The notes below the pieces were generated by a model, which saw only the letters and a program-made list of their open reading frames with translations, did not search any database and was not told the origin of the DNA. Below are positions 49,048 through 58,369 of a stretch of DNA of 64,000 nucleotides, piece after piece. The DNA is taken from the IMG/VR virus record IMGVR_UViG_3300008262_003210; one strand, 5' to 3'. The stretch is from a virus. Taxonomy: Duplodnaviria > Caudoviricetes. Positions within the stretch are counted from its first letter, which is position 1. Each line of letters begins with the position of its first letter. The position numbers and the translations under genes are program-made.

Positions 49048-49918
49048 TTTAGTAGTGGGTATGGGCATAGGACAGTTATACAAAACTGTTCTAGAAAAGC
49101 TCGGCCACGAAGTTGTTACTGTTGACCAAGATATAAGCAAAGGTGCTATGTTGCCTAGTGTAGATTCAGCAATGCTAGTGCATGGTCCTTTCGACACCGT
49201 ACATATTTGCACACCAAATTTTACACATTTTCAGTTAGCGGCTAAGGTTGCACCTGTTAGTAAAATAGTGTTTATCGAAAAACCTGGGGTTGCTAATGCA
49301 GATAATTGGGCTACCTTATCACATACATTTAAAGATACACGTTTCATGATGGTTAAAAACAACATGTGGCGGAGTAATATAAACGAGTTAAAAGAATTAG
49401 CTACTAAAGCCAAAAAAGTTGAAATTACATGGGCAAGAAAGAATTGTATCCCTAGTCCAGGCAGTTGGTTTACTACTCGTAAATTAGCATTCGGTGGTGT
49501 TAGTAGAGACCTTATGCCGCACTTATTAAGTCTTTATATTGCTATGAATCCCACTTGGCGCAGAGAACAACAAACTGGGAAACATTCATTGCAATGCTGG
49601 AATCTAGAAAGTATTGATAGTACCGAGTATGGAATAATAAATCCAAAAGGCACATATGATGTAGATGACCGCTGTCATCTACTGTTCGGTGATAAGTGGC
49701 AGTTACTAGCAGACTGGCGCACTATGAAAGAAGATGATAGTTCTATCAAGTTTATCATGGAAGATAACAGTGAAGAACGGTTTGAATTAGGTTGGTGTCC
49801 TGAAGAGGCATATCTAAATATGATTAAAGATGCAGTTGCTAATGTAGACGATGATGATTTTTGGCAACAACAGTTAGAATACGATTATTGGATCCATCAA
49901 AGGATTGAAAACTTATGA
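49034..49918 (+). CDS. Gfo/Idh/MocA family NAD(P)-dependent oxidoreductase
   Basis: GMGIG, VHICTPNFTH, IVFIEKP, GGVSRDLMPH. Confidence 0.8.
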   Translation: MSKRSLVVGMGIGQLYKTVLEKLGHEVVTVDQDISKGAMLPSVDSAMLVHGPFDTVHICTPNFTHFQLAAKVAPVSKIVFIEKPGVANADNWATLSHTFKDTRFMMVKNNMWRSNINELKELATKAKKVEITWARKNCIPSPGSWFTTRKLAFGGVSRDLMPHLLSLYIAMNPTWRREQQTGKHSLQCWNLESIDSTEYGIINPKGTYDVDDRCHLLFGDKWQLLADWRTMKEDDSSIKFIMEDNSEERFELGWCPEEAYLNMIKDAVANVDDDDFWQQQLEYDYWIHQRIENL

Positions 49919-50811
49919 CACGCTGTTTACAAACAACAGGGCAAGGCTACTTTGAAGAAGTAGAATATAATAAGCCAGAACCAGGTCAGTATGAGATTGA
50001 AGTTAAAGCTGTAATGACCGGAGTTTGCCGAAGCGACATTGATATGATGATGGGAAATTTTGGACCATTACCATTACACATGCAAGGTCATGAAGGATTA
50101 GGAATTGTAACTAAAGTAGGCACAGGTGTTGCTAAGGTACAGGTCGGGGACATTGTTGCTACCCGCGGTGAACCTGCGTATGCCGATTATTACAACACTA
50201 AGATTGAAGAATTTGTTGTAGTTCCAGAAGCCAACCCCAAATACATATTAGAACCAGTTGCTTGTGGTATTAACCTTATTAATCAAGCCAAAGAAGAAAT
50301 TGAAAAACGTCAAGGTATCAACTCTAAGATGTTAATTTTAGGTAGCGGATTTCTTGCTTGGGTTGCGTTTCATACTATGCGGTTGAATGGTTTCATTTAT
50401 CAAGTGGATGTGTTAGGTTCTAATAACTTAGAACTTTGGGGAGATAGGCTATTGATGGCAACTACTGAAAGTTATGATGTAGTTGTAGACGTAAGTGGCA
50501 AGTACGGGCTGGGTACATACATAAACCTAAATAACAATGCATTAGTTATTGATGCAGTTGGCAAGACTATTGATAAAAAAGAAGCCGAAACAATGTTATG
50601 GAAGGCTGTCACTACTGTCAGACCTAGTCCACGTAATCAACAATTTATCGAATGTATGCATTTTGCCAAACACTGGATTGAAAACGGCTATCTAGAGGTT
50701 GATAGTTTTTGGACTAGAGCATATAATCGTGATACAGAGTGGCAACAAGCGTTTGCGGATGGTATGGATCGTCCAAACGGTTACAGCAGAGGTTATATTA
50801 AATGGGACTAA
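49915..50811 (+). CDS. zinc-dependent medium-chain dehydrogenase/reductase
   Basis: GVCRSD, GHEGLG, VGDIV, EPVAC, ILGSGFL. Confidence 0.8.
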   Translation: MTRCLQTTGQGYFEEVEYNKPEPGQYEIEVKAVMTGVCRSDIDMMMGNFGPLPLHMQGHEGLGIVTKVGTGVAKVQVGDIVATRGEPAYADYYNTKIEEFVVVPEANPKYILEPVACGINLINQAKEEIEKRQGINSKMLILGSGFLAWVAFHTMRLNGFIYQVDVLGSNNLELWGDRLLMATTESYDVVVDVSGKYGLGTYINLNNNALVIDAVGKTIDKKEAETMLWKAVTTVRPSPRNQQFIECMHFAKHWIENGYLEVDSFWTRAYNRDTEWQQAFADGMDRPNGYSRGYIKWD

Positions 50812-51374
50812 ACACTGAAGAACGACAAGACGTTGTTTACTTTACAGGGTATGAAGTCGAACATACTATTTGCTATGGTATGTTTACATTGTTTGTTGTA
50901 GGTACGCCGCCTTTAGAAGAAATTTTGCGTAAGGCAGACGACACTCAGTCAATGCTAGACGAAAACAAACGTATCAAACATATTTACTTTGGTACAAGTC
51001 AGAGTTTTAATCCAAAAGCTATGACTCATGGAGAATATAAAGCATGGGATGAAGTTATCTTTGGATGCTTAAAGAAAGACTACTGGGTGACTTTAGACTT
51101 TGGTGTCGAACACACAGAAGGCGTAATTGAATCTGGTTATTCCGAATATCCTAGATTTGTTCCTATGATTAGTGTAAAATTACCGTACATTAATCAATTC
51201 AACTATAATGCCACACTTAAACTGGATGACCGAACTTGGGGTGCTACAAATCCAGGTGTGTGGACACATCACCTACAGAGCCTGATGAGTAAAGACAAGT
51301 ATACTCATTGGGATCAGTACACTCAAGATACACAACTATTATTATCAGACAAGATCAAAGACCTAACAAAATGA
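50802..51374 (+). CDS. hypothetical protein in deazaguanine cluster
   Basis: 190 aa, coupled to both neighbours. Confidence 0.7.
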   Translation: MGLNTEERQDVVYFTGYEVEHTICYGMFTLFVVGTPPLEEILRKADDTQSMLDENKRIKHIYFGTSQSFNPKAMTHGEYKAWDEVIFGCLKKDYWVTLDFGVEHTEGVIESGYSEYPRFVPMISVKLPYINQFNYNATLKLDDRTWGATNPGVWTHHLQSLMSKDKYTHWDQYTQDTQLLLSDKIKDLTK

Positions 51375-51733
51375 TATGGGTTACCTTCCGCAAAGAAGGC
51401 ATACATAAATACCCTGCGGCGCTGACAGATTCGGCGTTGGCTACAGGAGATGAATATGATGTATCGTTTTTGGGTTATCCTCATCGCCACATCTTTCATT
51501 TCAGGGTGTGGATCAATGTGCTCCATAATGACAGGGACATCGAGTTCATCCAGTTCAAACGATGGCTCGAGTCGTTGTATAATGGTCAAGGTGCCGTTCT
51601 AAGCCTTGACTATAAAAGTTGCGAAATGATGTCAGATGATTTACATGACATTATCAGCAAAAAGTATCCAGGCCGTGAGGTTTGGATTGAGGTCTCCGAA
51701 GACGGAGAAAATGGTTCATTTATCAAATATTAA
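51371..51733 (+). CDS. queD: QueD-like (6-pyruvoyl-tetrahydropterin synthase fold) protein
   Basis: H-x(n)-HRH metal motif (EGIH...PHRHIFHF), RDIEF, SCEMM; cluster context. Confidence 0.6.
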   Translation: MIWVTFRKEGIHKYPAALTDSALATGDEYDVSFLGYPHRHIFHFRVWINVLHNDRDIEFIQFKRWLESLYNGQGAVLSLDYKSCEMMSDDLHDIISKKYPGREVWIEVSEDGENGSFIKY

Positions 51734-51747
51734 AATAAGAGGCTATA

Positions 51748-52011
51748 ATGGCTAAGAATTACAAGGATTATTCCTATTTCGAAAATCGTCCTGATGTTGT
51801 CAAAATTTTTGACGACTTAGATAAATTACTTAACTTCTGTCGATTTGAGATGCTTCCGTTTAACGAAGCGGATCTATATAACAGACAAAGCCGTGTATGG
51901 CAACAGTACGAACGATTTGGTCGTCCACGTAAGCCATGGAACGGTGAGAAAAAGCCATGGAACGGTGAACGTAAACCTTACCAAGGCAATAAGCCACGTT
52001 ATAACCAATGA
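51748..52011 (+). CDS. hypothetical protein with duplicated KPWNGE
   Basis: AAGAGG RBS; 17-bp direct repeat at 51931 and 51952. Confidence 0.7.
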   Translation: MAKNYKDYSYFENRPDVVKIFDDLDKLLNFCRFEMLPFNEADLYNRQSRVWQQYERFGRPRKPWNGEKKPWNGERKPYQGNKPRYNQ

Positions 52012-53105
52012 CAGTATTCTTAGTTGACTTAGAAGCAGTTGACACACGGTACACGGGACAATGGAAGTCCCATGTACCTGCTCTCTTACGAAAGGCTGGA
52101 CACAATGTTCAAATTATTGACGGCCCTGAAGATATCCCTCGTGCTACCACTCCAGGCGCTTTTCTCAATTTTGGTGGTACTAACATATATAAGTCTGTAC
52201 AAGTTGAAAAAATTGGCAGACTATTTTGCGATGGACGCATTCATGCTGGCGACCACTTTATTTTTACTGATGCTTGGCATCCGGGCATTATAAATCTAAA
52301 ATACATGAGTGAACTATTACAAACTCCTGTAAAAATTCACGCATTATGGCATGCTGGTAGTTACGATCCAGCAGACTTTTTAGGCAGACTTATTGGTAAT
52401 AAACCTTGGGTTAGGCATGCCGAGAAAAGTTTTTTTGCTGCTATCGATTACAATTATTTTGCTACAGATTTTCATATTAAAATGTTTGTTACAAACCTTT
52501 TAAATGATTATCCTACAGAAAATCCGTGGTTAGGTGAAGATTTAGCAGAAATACTAGACGGAGGTTGGCCTAATATAGTACGTTCCGGGTGGCCAATGGA
52601 GTATATGGGAGACACTTTACTACCATATAAAAATATGCCCAAGCGTAATCTTATTCTTTTCCCACATCGTATTGCACCAGAAAAACAAGTTGAAATATTT
52701 AGAGATTTAAAAGAACACTTGCCTCAATACGAGTTTGTTATTTGTCAAGAACGAGAATTAACTAAAAACGAATATCATAATTTATTAGGCGAAGCTAAAA
52801 TAGTGTTTAGTGCTAACTTACAAGAAACACTAGGCATTAGTTGTTATGAAGGTGCTGTAGTTGATGCTATTCCTATGGTGCCAGATAGACTCAGTTACAC
52901 AGAAATGTATTACGATACTTTTAAATATCCAAGTCATTGGACAGAAAATTTTGAAGCATACGATGCTCATCGTCCATTGTTATGCAGTAAAATTATACAG
53001 TTTATGGATAATCACTCAAAATTCATACCGACTGTACGTAAACAAGCGAGAGATTTACATGACAGATTTTTCAGCGCAACCAAGTTGCTCAGTAACATCA
53101 ATTGA
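52008..53105 (+). CDS. GT-B (GT4-like) glycosyltransferase
   Basis: FPHRIAPEKQ and QETLGISCYEG donor-binding motifs. Confidence 0.75.
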   Translation: MTVFLVDLEAVDTRYTGQWKSHVPALLRKAGHNVQIIDGPEDIPRATTPGAFLNFGGTNIYKSVQVEKIGRLFCDGRIHAGDHFIFTDAWHPGIINLKYMSELLQTPVKIHALWHAGSYDPADFLGRLIGNKPWVRHAEKSFFAAIDYNYFATDFHIKMFVTNLLNDYPTENPWLGEDLAEILDGGWPNIVRSGWPMEYMGDTLLPYKNMPKRNLILFPHRIAPEKQVEIFRDLKEHLPQYEFVICQERELTKNEYHNLLGEAKIVFSANLQETLGISCYEGAVVDAIPMVPDRLSYTEMYYDTFKYPSHWTENFEAYDAHRPLLCSKIIQFMDNHSKFIPTVRKQARDLHDRFFSATKLLSNIN

Positions 53106-53511
53106 ATCGTTAGATTTATCAGCATTAGATACTATTACTCTTACAAATACAGGATCTAGTTATTCATCGGACACTTTTGTTGTTGACTTAGGAACTGGGT
53201 CTGGTGGTGGATCTTCTTATTACACTATAAACAATTCTGGAAGTTTTGGAACTATAACTACCACAACCATAGGCGGTGGCGGTAGTGGCTATGGATCTGG
53301 CTCAATAAATATTGGTCCTATAACTTCTCTCGATTTTAAAGACATGTTTAAGAACCAAGAATGGAAAACTGGATTTCCAGAATGGAATAGAATACAAAAA
53401 ATGTGTGAACAGTATCCTGGATTAAAAATTGCTTTTGAGAAATTTAAAACAACATATAAATTAGTTCAGGACGACTACGATGCACCGCCAGAAAAAAGAA
53501 TAAAACCATAA
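53059..53511 (+). CDS. hypothetical Gly/Ser/Thr-rich protein
   Basis: ATG 53059 preferred over track start 52861. Confidence 0.6.
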   Translation: MTDFSAQPSCSVTSIESLDLSALDTITLTNTGSSYSSDTFVVDLGTGSGGGSSYYTINNSGSFGTITTTTIGGGGSGYGSGSINIGPITSLDFKDMFKNQEWKTGFPEWNRIQKMCEQYPGLKIAFEKFKTTYKLVQDDYDAPPEKRIKP

Positions 53512-53936
53512 TGAGCTATACTTATACAACAACCAACACAACAGGCGCAGGACTTAGTGGAACAGGCAGTACTGGTAATATTACACTAAATGGCGGTAGC
53601 CACATTTATACTACCAATACAGGTACAACTGGGCAATTTTTAACATCGTCTGGTAGTAATGGTACGGCGTGGACTATTGGTACTACCACTACTCCATACG
53701 ACAACGTAATGATTGTTAAAAACAGTCCGGCAGAACTAGAAGTCAAAGGTCGAATGGTTCTTAATGGTAGAGACTTAGAAGAACGATTAAAGATCATTGA
53801 AAAAGTATTGACTATTCCCGAACGAGATGTTAAACTAGAAAAGAAGCATCCAAAACTTAAAAAGATGCATGATGACTATATTAAGGAATTGTCCAAATAT
53901 AGAATGTGGGAATCAATTAAAGGAGATGACGAATGA
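53511..53936 (+). CDS. hypothetical Thr/Gly-rich protein
   Basis: Same architecture as upstream ORF. Confidence 0.65.
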   Translation: MSYTYTTTNTTGAGLSGTGSTGNITLNGGSHIYTTNTGTTGQFLTSSGSNGTAWTIGTTTTPYDNVMIVKNSPAELEVKGRMVLNGRDLEERLKIIEKVLTIPERDVKLEKKHPKLKKMHDDYIKELSKYRMWESIKGDDE

Positions 53937-54169
53937 GAGATTTACATCCTGACGTAGCACATACTGCCAATGAAATGATTATTAAAGAAAACGAAGGTTT
54001 TAGACTTCGTATGGAAAAATGGGAAAGCATAAATCCCAAAGGCTTGTTTGCCGTAGATTTGATTCAAGAAAGTCTTGATGAAGACGGAGATGTTTGTCAA
54101 ACTAGTACATATAGTTTTAATATGACTAAAGAAGAACTACAAACTCTTGCACACGGTTTAACTGCATGA
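53933..54169 (+). CDS. hypothetical protein
   Basis: ATGA overlaps on both sides. Confidence 0.65.
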   Translation: MRDLHPDVAHTANEMIIKENEGFRLRMEKWESINPKGLFAVDLIQESLDEDGDVCQTSTYSFNMTKEELQTLAHGLTA

Positions 54170-54657
54170 AGAAAGTTTATTACACTTGGCAACAAGTAGA
54201 AGGTGCATGTTTAGACATTGCTAGACAAATGCATAGTCACTATTGGCGGCCGGATTATATTGTCGGTATTACAAGGGGCGGGCTTGTTCCTGCCAATTTG
54301 CTTAGTCAATATACTGGCATTAAGATGAACAGTCTTGATATTAGCCTGCGTGATGGCGGAGATTGTGTTAGCAATCTTGGCATGGCCGAAGATGCGTACA
54401 AAGGCAAAAATATTTTAATAGTTGACGACATTAATGATCAAGGGTCAACTGTTAATTGGATTAAAAATGATTGGCCTAGCGGTTGTTTTCCAGATGATCC
54501 TAAATGGAACAGCATCTGGGGAGATAATGTTCGTTTTGCAGTATTAACACACAATCAATCAAGTCAATTTAAAGATCCTGACTATTATGTCTGGACTGTA
54601 AACAAAGCAGAAGAGGACTGCTGGTTAGTATATCCTTGGGAGGAATTTTGGTTATGA
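54166..54657 (+). CDS. type I phosphoribosyltransferase (purine PRTase-like)
   Basis: GITRGGLVPA; PRPP loop ILIVDDINDQGST; WLVYPWE. Confidence 0.85.
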   Translation: MKKVYYTWQQVEGACLDIARQMHSHYWRPDYIVGITRGGLVPANLLSQYTGIKMNSLDISLRDGGDCVSNLGMAEDAYKGKNILIVDDINDQGSTVNWIKNDWPSGCFPDDPKWNSIWGDNVRFAVLTHNQSSQFKDPDYYVWTVNKAEEDCWLVYPWEEFWL

Positions 54658-54854
54658 TAATTAAATCAATTTTTAAATTAATATTAGGTATTGTATTAAT
54701 ACTCGCTGTAATTATTCTCGGTCCAATACTAGGTATTTGGTCTTTAAATACATTATTTCCTGTACTTAATATTCCGTACACTTGGCAGACCTGGGCTGCA
54801 TTCTTGTTACTGTTTGGTAGTGTAACAGGACTAAGATTTGGATCAAGAAAATGA
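54654..54854 (+). CDS. small membrane protein
   Basis: Two hydrophobic helices. Confidence 0.6.
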   Translation: MIIKSIFKLILGIVLILAVIILGPILGIWSLNTLFPVLNIPYTWQTWAAFLLLFGSVTGLRFGSRK

Positions 54855-55027
54855 GCTTAACTATTAACGCATTAAAAGAAAAAATTGCTAAAGTAGAACA
54901 GGACATGCTAGACTTACGATCAACAGGAGATGCTAGTCGTAAATTCGAAGTGTTAAGCGAGTATAAATCTTATTTAGAAGACGAACTTAGAATGCTAAAA
55001 GATGAAGAACGTAAATCAAAAACATAA
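54851..55027 (+). CDS. small coiled-coil protein (58 aa, absent from ORF track)
   Basis: Hand-translated MSLTINALKEKIAKVE...EERKSKT; ATGA overlap; fills the gap. Confidence 0.65.
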   Translation: MSLTINALKEKIAKVEQDMLDLRSTGDASRKFEVLSEYKSYLEDELRMLKDEERKSKT

Positions 55028-55256
55028 AGCAGTAGGCGAAGAGTTTTTATTTCCTGATGCCGAAACAACTATTCGGTTAGCATGGGAAAATCAAAACAAA
55101 TATTGGTGGAACGAAGTTTGTGCCGATGTTGTTAAAGTATTTGGTTTACCTGGGGATCGTTTTACTAGTCACCCTACTCCAGACTACATGGATTTTCATT
55201 TTAAATCAAAAAAGGATGCGGATTTATGTCGTATAATGTTAAGCGAGAAACTGTAG
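55002..55256 (+). CDS. hypothetical protein
   Basis: 84 aa ORF in operon. Confidence 0.55.
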   Translation: MKNVNQKHKAVGEEFLFPDAETTIRLAWENQNKYWWNEVCADVVKVFGLPGDRFTSHPTPDYMDFHFKSKKDADLCRIMLSEKL

Positions 55257-55447
55257 AAATTTCAATAGTTATTATAGCGTCTATAATAGCTGTGCTTGTT
55301 ATGATTTTTATATTTCCAAGACAACAAGGCCGATATTACGATTGTGGTATGGCAGAATGGCATCCTGATATTCCTAATAAAGTAAAAGAAGAATGTAGGA
55401 AAATTCGAACAGAAAACTTTAAAGAAAATTTGCAAAAACCTAAATAA
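55226..55447 (+). CDS. small membrane-anchored protein
   Basis: One TM helix then C-x14-C; start uncertain. Confidence 0.55.
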   Translation: MSYNVKRETVEISIVIIASIIAVLVMIFIFPRQQGRYYDCGMAEWHPDIPNKVKEECRKIRTENFKENLQKPK

Positions 55448-55458
55448 GAGTGTATAAT
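55430..55458 (+). promoter_or_regulatory. sigma70-like promoter with embedded TAAATA
   Basis: TTGCAA-17-TATAAT; TAAATA at 55441. Confidence 0.65.
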
Positions 55459-55500
55459 ACACAAATATGGCGATCCACCGCCTTAACTCGGAGATTATAA

Positions 55501-56337
55501 TTGACAACTAAATTTACACCAGATCCTGTATTAAATGCAGACACTAACAAAGACTTTGTTGAAGAAACATTCGAAGACAAGTATGTTCCTTTACCGCAAA
55601 AAGTTTATATAAAGGCCGGCGAAATGATGAGTGACAAAGGATATGAAGAAGCATATCTAGCAGATGTCATTCGTACTAAAATGAAACGTGAAAACAAACG
55701 TTTCTGGGCTGGAGATAACATTAGCGACTTCTTACATGAAGGCGATAAAGAAAAACTAATCGACGAAGCAACAGAAGCATTTGAACTAGTGCTTGATCGT
55801 TTGCTGATTGACAGAGAAAATGATCCTAACAGCAAAGGTACAGCAAGACGTCTTGCTAAAATGTACTTTAATGAAATAATGGCAGGTAGATATGAACAAG
55901 CACCAGAAGCAACAGCGTTCCCAAATGATACGGAGGACCGTTACGAAGGTATGTTGGTTGTTCGTAGCGAGCTTCGCAGTATGTGTAGCCATCATCACCA
56001 ACCCGTTGCTGGCGTTGCTTATATTGGCATTATTGCTGCCCAGAAGCTTATTGGTCTCAGCAAGTACACACGCATCGCCCAGTGGTGTGCCCGTCGAGGT
56101 ACTCTCCAGGAGGAACTTTGCAATGACATTGCTAGGGAAATCCAAAAAGCTACAGGAGCCAAAGACATAGGCGTGTACATTCAAGCAGTACACGGTTGCT
56201 GTGAGAACCGTGGTATTATGGCACATAGTAGTTTGACTCAGACTACAGTATTAAAAGGTGCATTTAAAGACGACCATGGAACTAAGAAAGAATTCATGGA
56301 TAATATTAAACTACAACAGGAGTTTGCCCCAAGATGA
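55501..56337 (+). CDS. folE: GTP cyclohydrolase I
   Basis: SMCSHH, GLSKYTR, LQEEL, HGCCENRG; TTG start with GGAG RBS. Confidence 0.93.
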   Translation: MTTKFTPDPVLNADTNKDFVEETFEDKYVPLPQKVYIKAGEMMSDKGYEEAYLADVIRTKMKRENKRFWAGDNISDFLHEGDKEKLIDEATEAFELVLDRLLIDRENDPNSKGTARRLAKMYFNEIMAGRYEQAPEATAFPNDTEDRYEGMLVVRSELRSMCSHHHQPVAGVAYIGIIAAQKLIGLSKYTRIAQWCARRGTLQEELCNDIAREIQKATGAKDIGVYIQAVHGCCENRGIMAHSSLTQTTVLKGAFKDDHGTKKEFMDNIKLQQEFAPR

Positions 56338-56549
56338 CAACTGCAAATGAACTTACTCAACAATTAATTGACCGAGCTAAAAATTTAAAAGAATTCGTAG
56401 TTCGAAGAGAATTTGACTATATTCCAGCCGGTGTGGTCAAATTTAATGTTCAACATACACAAGGAGAACTAGCTCGTATATTTGTTCATGCTTTAACACA
56501 AGAAGAAGCAGAGCAAATGGTCGACGAATGGTTTAATGTTTATGGATGA
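56334..56549 (+). CDS. hypothetical protein
   Basis: ATGA overlap with folE. Confidence 0.6.
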   Translation: MTTANELTQQLIDRAKNLKEFVVRREFDYIPAGVVKFNVQHTQGELARIFVHALTQEEAEQMVDEWFNVYG

Positions 56550-56772
56550 TAAAAATTTAATTAATACCTATCATGAGTTTATGACACTAACTGATCGATT
56601 GCTAAGAGAAGAAGTTAGAGCAATCGAAATTGCACCGATATTAATTAAGTTAGGATTAGAAATTTACAAAACAGTTCTTCCAGAAAACGAATACGAACGT
56701 ATGGTCGATTATATCTATGCTCATAAAGACGAGATAAATGATCTAAAACATTTTTTACCGGAATTACATTAA
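56536..56772 (+). CDS. hypothetical protein
   Basis: 78 aa ORF in operon. Confidence 0.6.
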   Translation: MFMDDKNLINTYHEFMTLTDRLLREEVRAIEIAPILIKLGLEIYKTVLPENEYERMVDYIYAHKDEINDLKHFLPELH

Positions 56773-57251
56773 TGAAAGCACAAGAGCCAGCAGAAGGTAT
56801 TTTAAAAAGTAGCGATTTTGGTGATAGTAAATTCTATCAAGTTGTTTGCGGGTGTGGACAACCATATCATTCCCATCAAGTCGAAGTAGAAGCAGATGAC
56901 ACCGGTGTCAATGTTAATATCTACGCATCTGCTCATACCAGCTACTGGAGTGAATTCATTAAAAAACGATATGACATTGATAGCATTTGGTTGCAAGAGC
57001 TCGATTGGGCAATAAAGGACCTAATTAATAGTTTTGTAAATCGAATTAAAGTAACATGGGAAGTTTGGACTACTGGTTCAATTAAAGTTGAAACTACTAT
57101 TGTTATGAGTGAGCAACAGGCTTTAAACTATGCAAAGACATTAGAAAATGCTATTACTGATGTAAAGAAATTTAAAGAAAAAAATAAAACAAATAAAAAC
57201 AACATCAACTCAATAACTAAAATTTTAGCAGAGGAAGGCGATTGTGTCTAA
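56772..57251 (+). CDS. hypothetical protein
   Basis: 159 aa; CxC...H near N-terminus. Confidence 0.65.
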   Translation: MKAQEPAEGILKSSDFGDSKFYQVVCGCGQPYHSHQVEVEADDTGVNVNIYASAHTSYWSEFIKKRYDIDSIWLQELDWAIKDLINSFVNRIKVTWEVWTTGSIKVETTIVMSEQQALNYAKTLENAITDVKKFKEKNKTNKNNINSITKILAEEGDCV

Positions 57252-57513
57252 TAAAATTCAAGAAATATTAGATATATTGCAAGAAGAATGTGGCGAACTG
57301 GTTGTTGCCGCTAGTAAAGTTCGTCGATTTGGCCTAGACAACAGTTATAAGGACGGCGGTACCCAGCGAGAACACTTGACACAAGAAGCAGGCGATGTTA
57401 TGCTAATGATTAATCTATTAGTCGAACAAGGTGTGTTTAGTAAAGACGAACTGTCAGCAGCACAGCATCGCAAACAAGAAAAACTTAAAGTGTGGTCAAA
57501 AATATATGAGTAA
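57244..57513 (+). CDS. MazG-like NTP pyrophosphohydrolase
   Basis: LQEECGEL and EAGDV acidic motifs. Confidence 0.75.
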   Translation: MSNKIQEILDILQEECGELVVAASKVRRFGLDNSYKDGGTQREHLTQEAGDVMLMINLLVEQGVFSKDELSAAQHRKQEKLKVWSKIYE

Positions 57514-58369
57514 AATTAAAATAGCAGAACTGTTTTACAGTATCCAAGGTGAAGGTAGGTACATGGGTGTACCTAGTGTCTTTTTACGTACATTTGGATG
57601 TAACTTCAAATGTGCAGGCTTCGGTATGCCACGTGATACAATTAGTATTGAAGCAGACGATATTGCATACACACATGCAAATATTGAGTCATTTCAAAAG
57701 TATGAAGACTTGCCGTTAGTATCTACAGGTTGCGACAGCTATGCAAGTTGGCATCCTGCGTTTAAAGATTTATCTCCAATGCTAACTAGCGATGCTATTG
57801 CTGATCGCATTGCAGAAATTATTCCGCACGGTGAATGGAAGGACGAGCATCTCGTCATCACTGGAGGTGAGCCATTGCTCGGTTGGCAACGTGCTTATCC
57901 AGACTTGCTACGTCATCCTAAGATGGCCGGTCTTAAAGAAATTACATTTGAAACAAATGGTACTCAGAAATTAACAGAAGAGTTTAAAGAATATCTAGTA
58001 GAATGGCAAATGCCTAACTTGGATTTTGCTAGAGAAGTTACATTTAGTGTAAGTGCTAAACTTCCATGTAGTGGAGAAAAGTGGGATGAAGCTATTCTTC
58101 CAGAAGTGGTTTGCGAATATGAACAAGTTGGTACAGCATACTTGAAGTTTGTTATTGCTACAGAACAAGACTTTGCTGATGCCGAATGTGCTATCGGCGC
58201 ATATCGTGCTGCAGGATTTAAAGGACATATTTATCTAATGCCAGTAGGCGGTGTTGAAAGTGTTTATGCACTAAACAATCGTACAGTAGCAGACTTAGCA
58301 ATGAAGAATGGCTTGCGCTACAGTGATAGGTTGCAAGTGCCGTTATTTAAAAACGAGTGGGGTACTTAA
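57506..58369 (+). CDS. queE: 7-carboxy-7-deazaguanine synthase-like radical SAM enzyme
   Basis: ELFYSIQGEG, VFLRTFGCNFKC, ITGGEPL, FETNG, VSAKL, LMP, YSDRLQ. Confidence 0.85.
   Translation: MSKIKIAELFYSIQGEGRYMGVPSVFLRTFGCNFKCAGFGMPRDTISIEADDIAYTHANIESFQKYEDLPLVSTGCDSYASWHPAFKDLSPMLTSDAIADRIAEIIPHGEWKDEHLVITGGEPLLGWQRAYPDLLRHPKMAGLKEITFETNGTQKLTEEFKEYLVEWQMPNLDFAREVTFSVSAKLPCSGEKWDEAILPEVVCEYEQVGTAYLKFVIATEQDFADAECAIGAYRAAGFKGHIYLMPVGGVESVYALNNRTVADLAMKNGLRYSDRLQVPLFKNEWGT

Noticed and set aside
51308-51374. Longer QueD-like start, or a lost ATG at 51338 (ATT)
   Set aside because: Cannot be judged without homologues; the ATGA overlap at 51371 is a sufficient start
55459-55500. preQ1 riboswitch upstream of folE
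   Set aside because: Only a 4-bp GGCG/CGCC stem; no preQ1 loop consensus or A-rich pseudoknot tail
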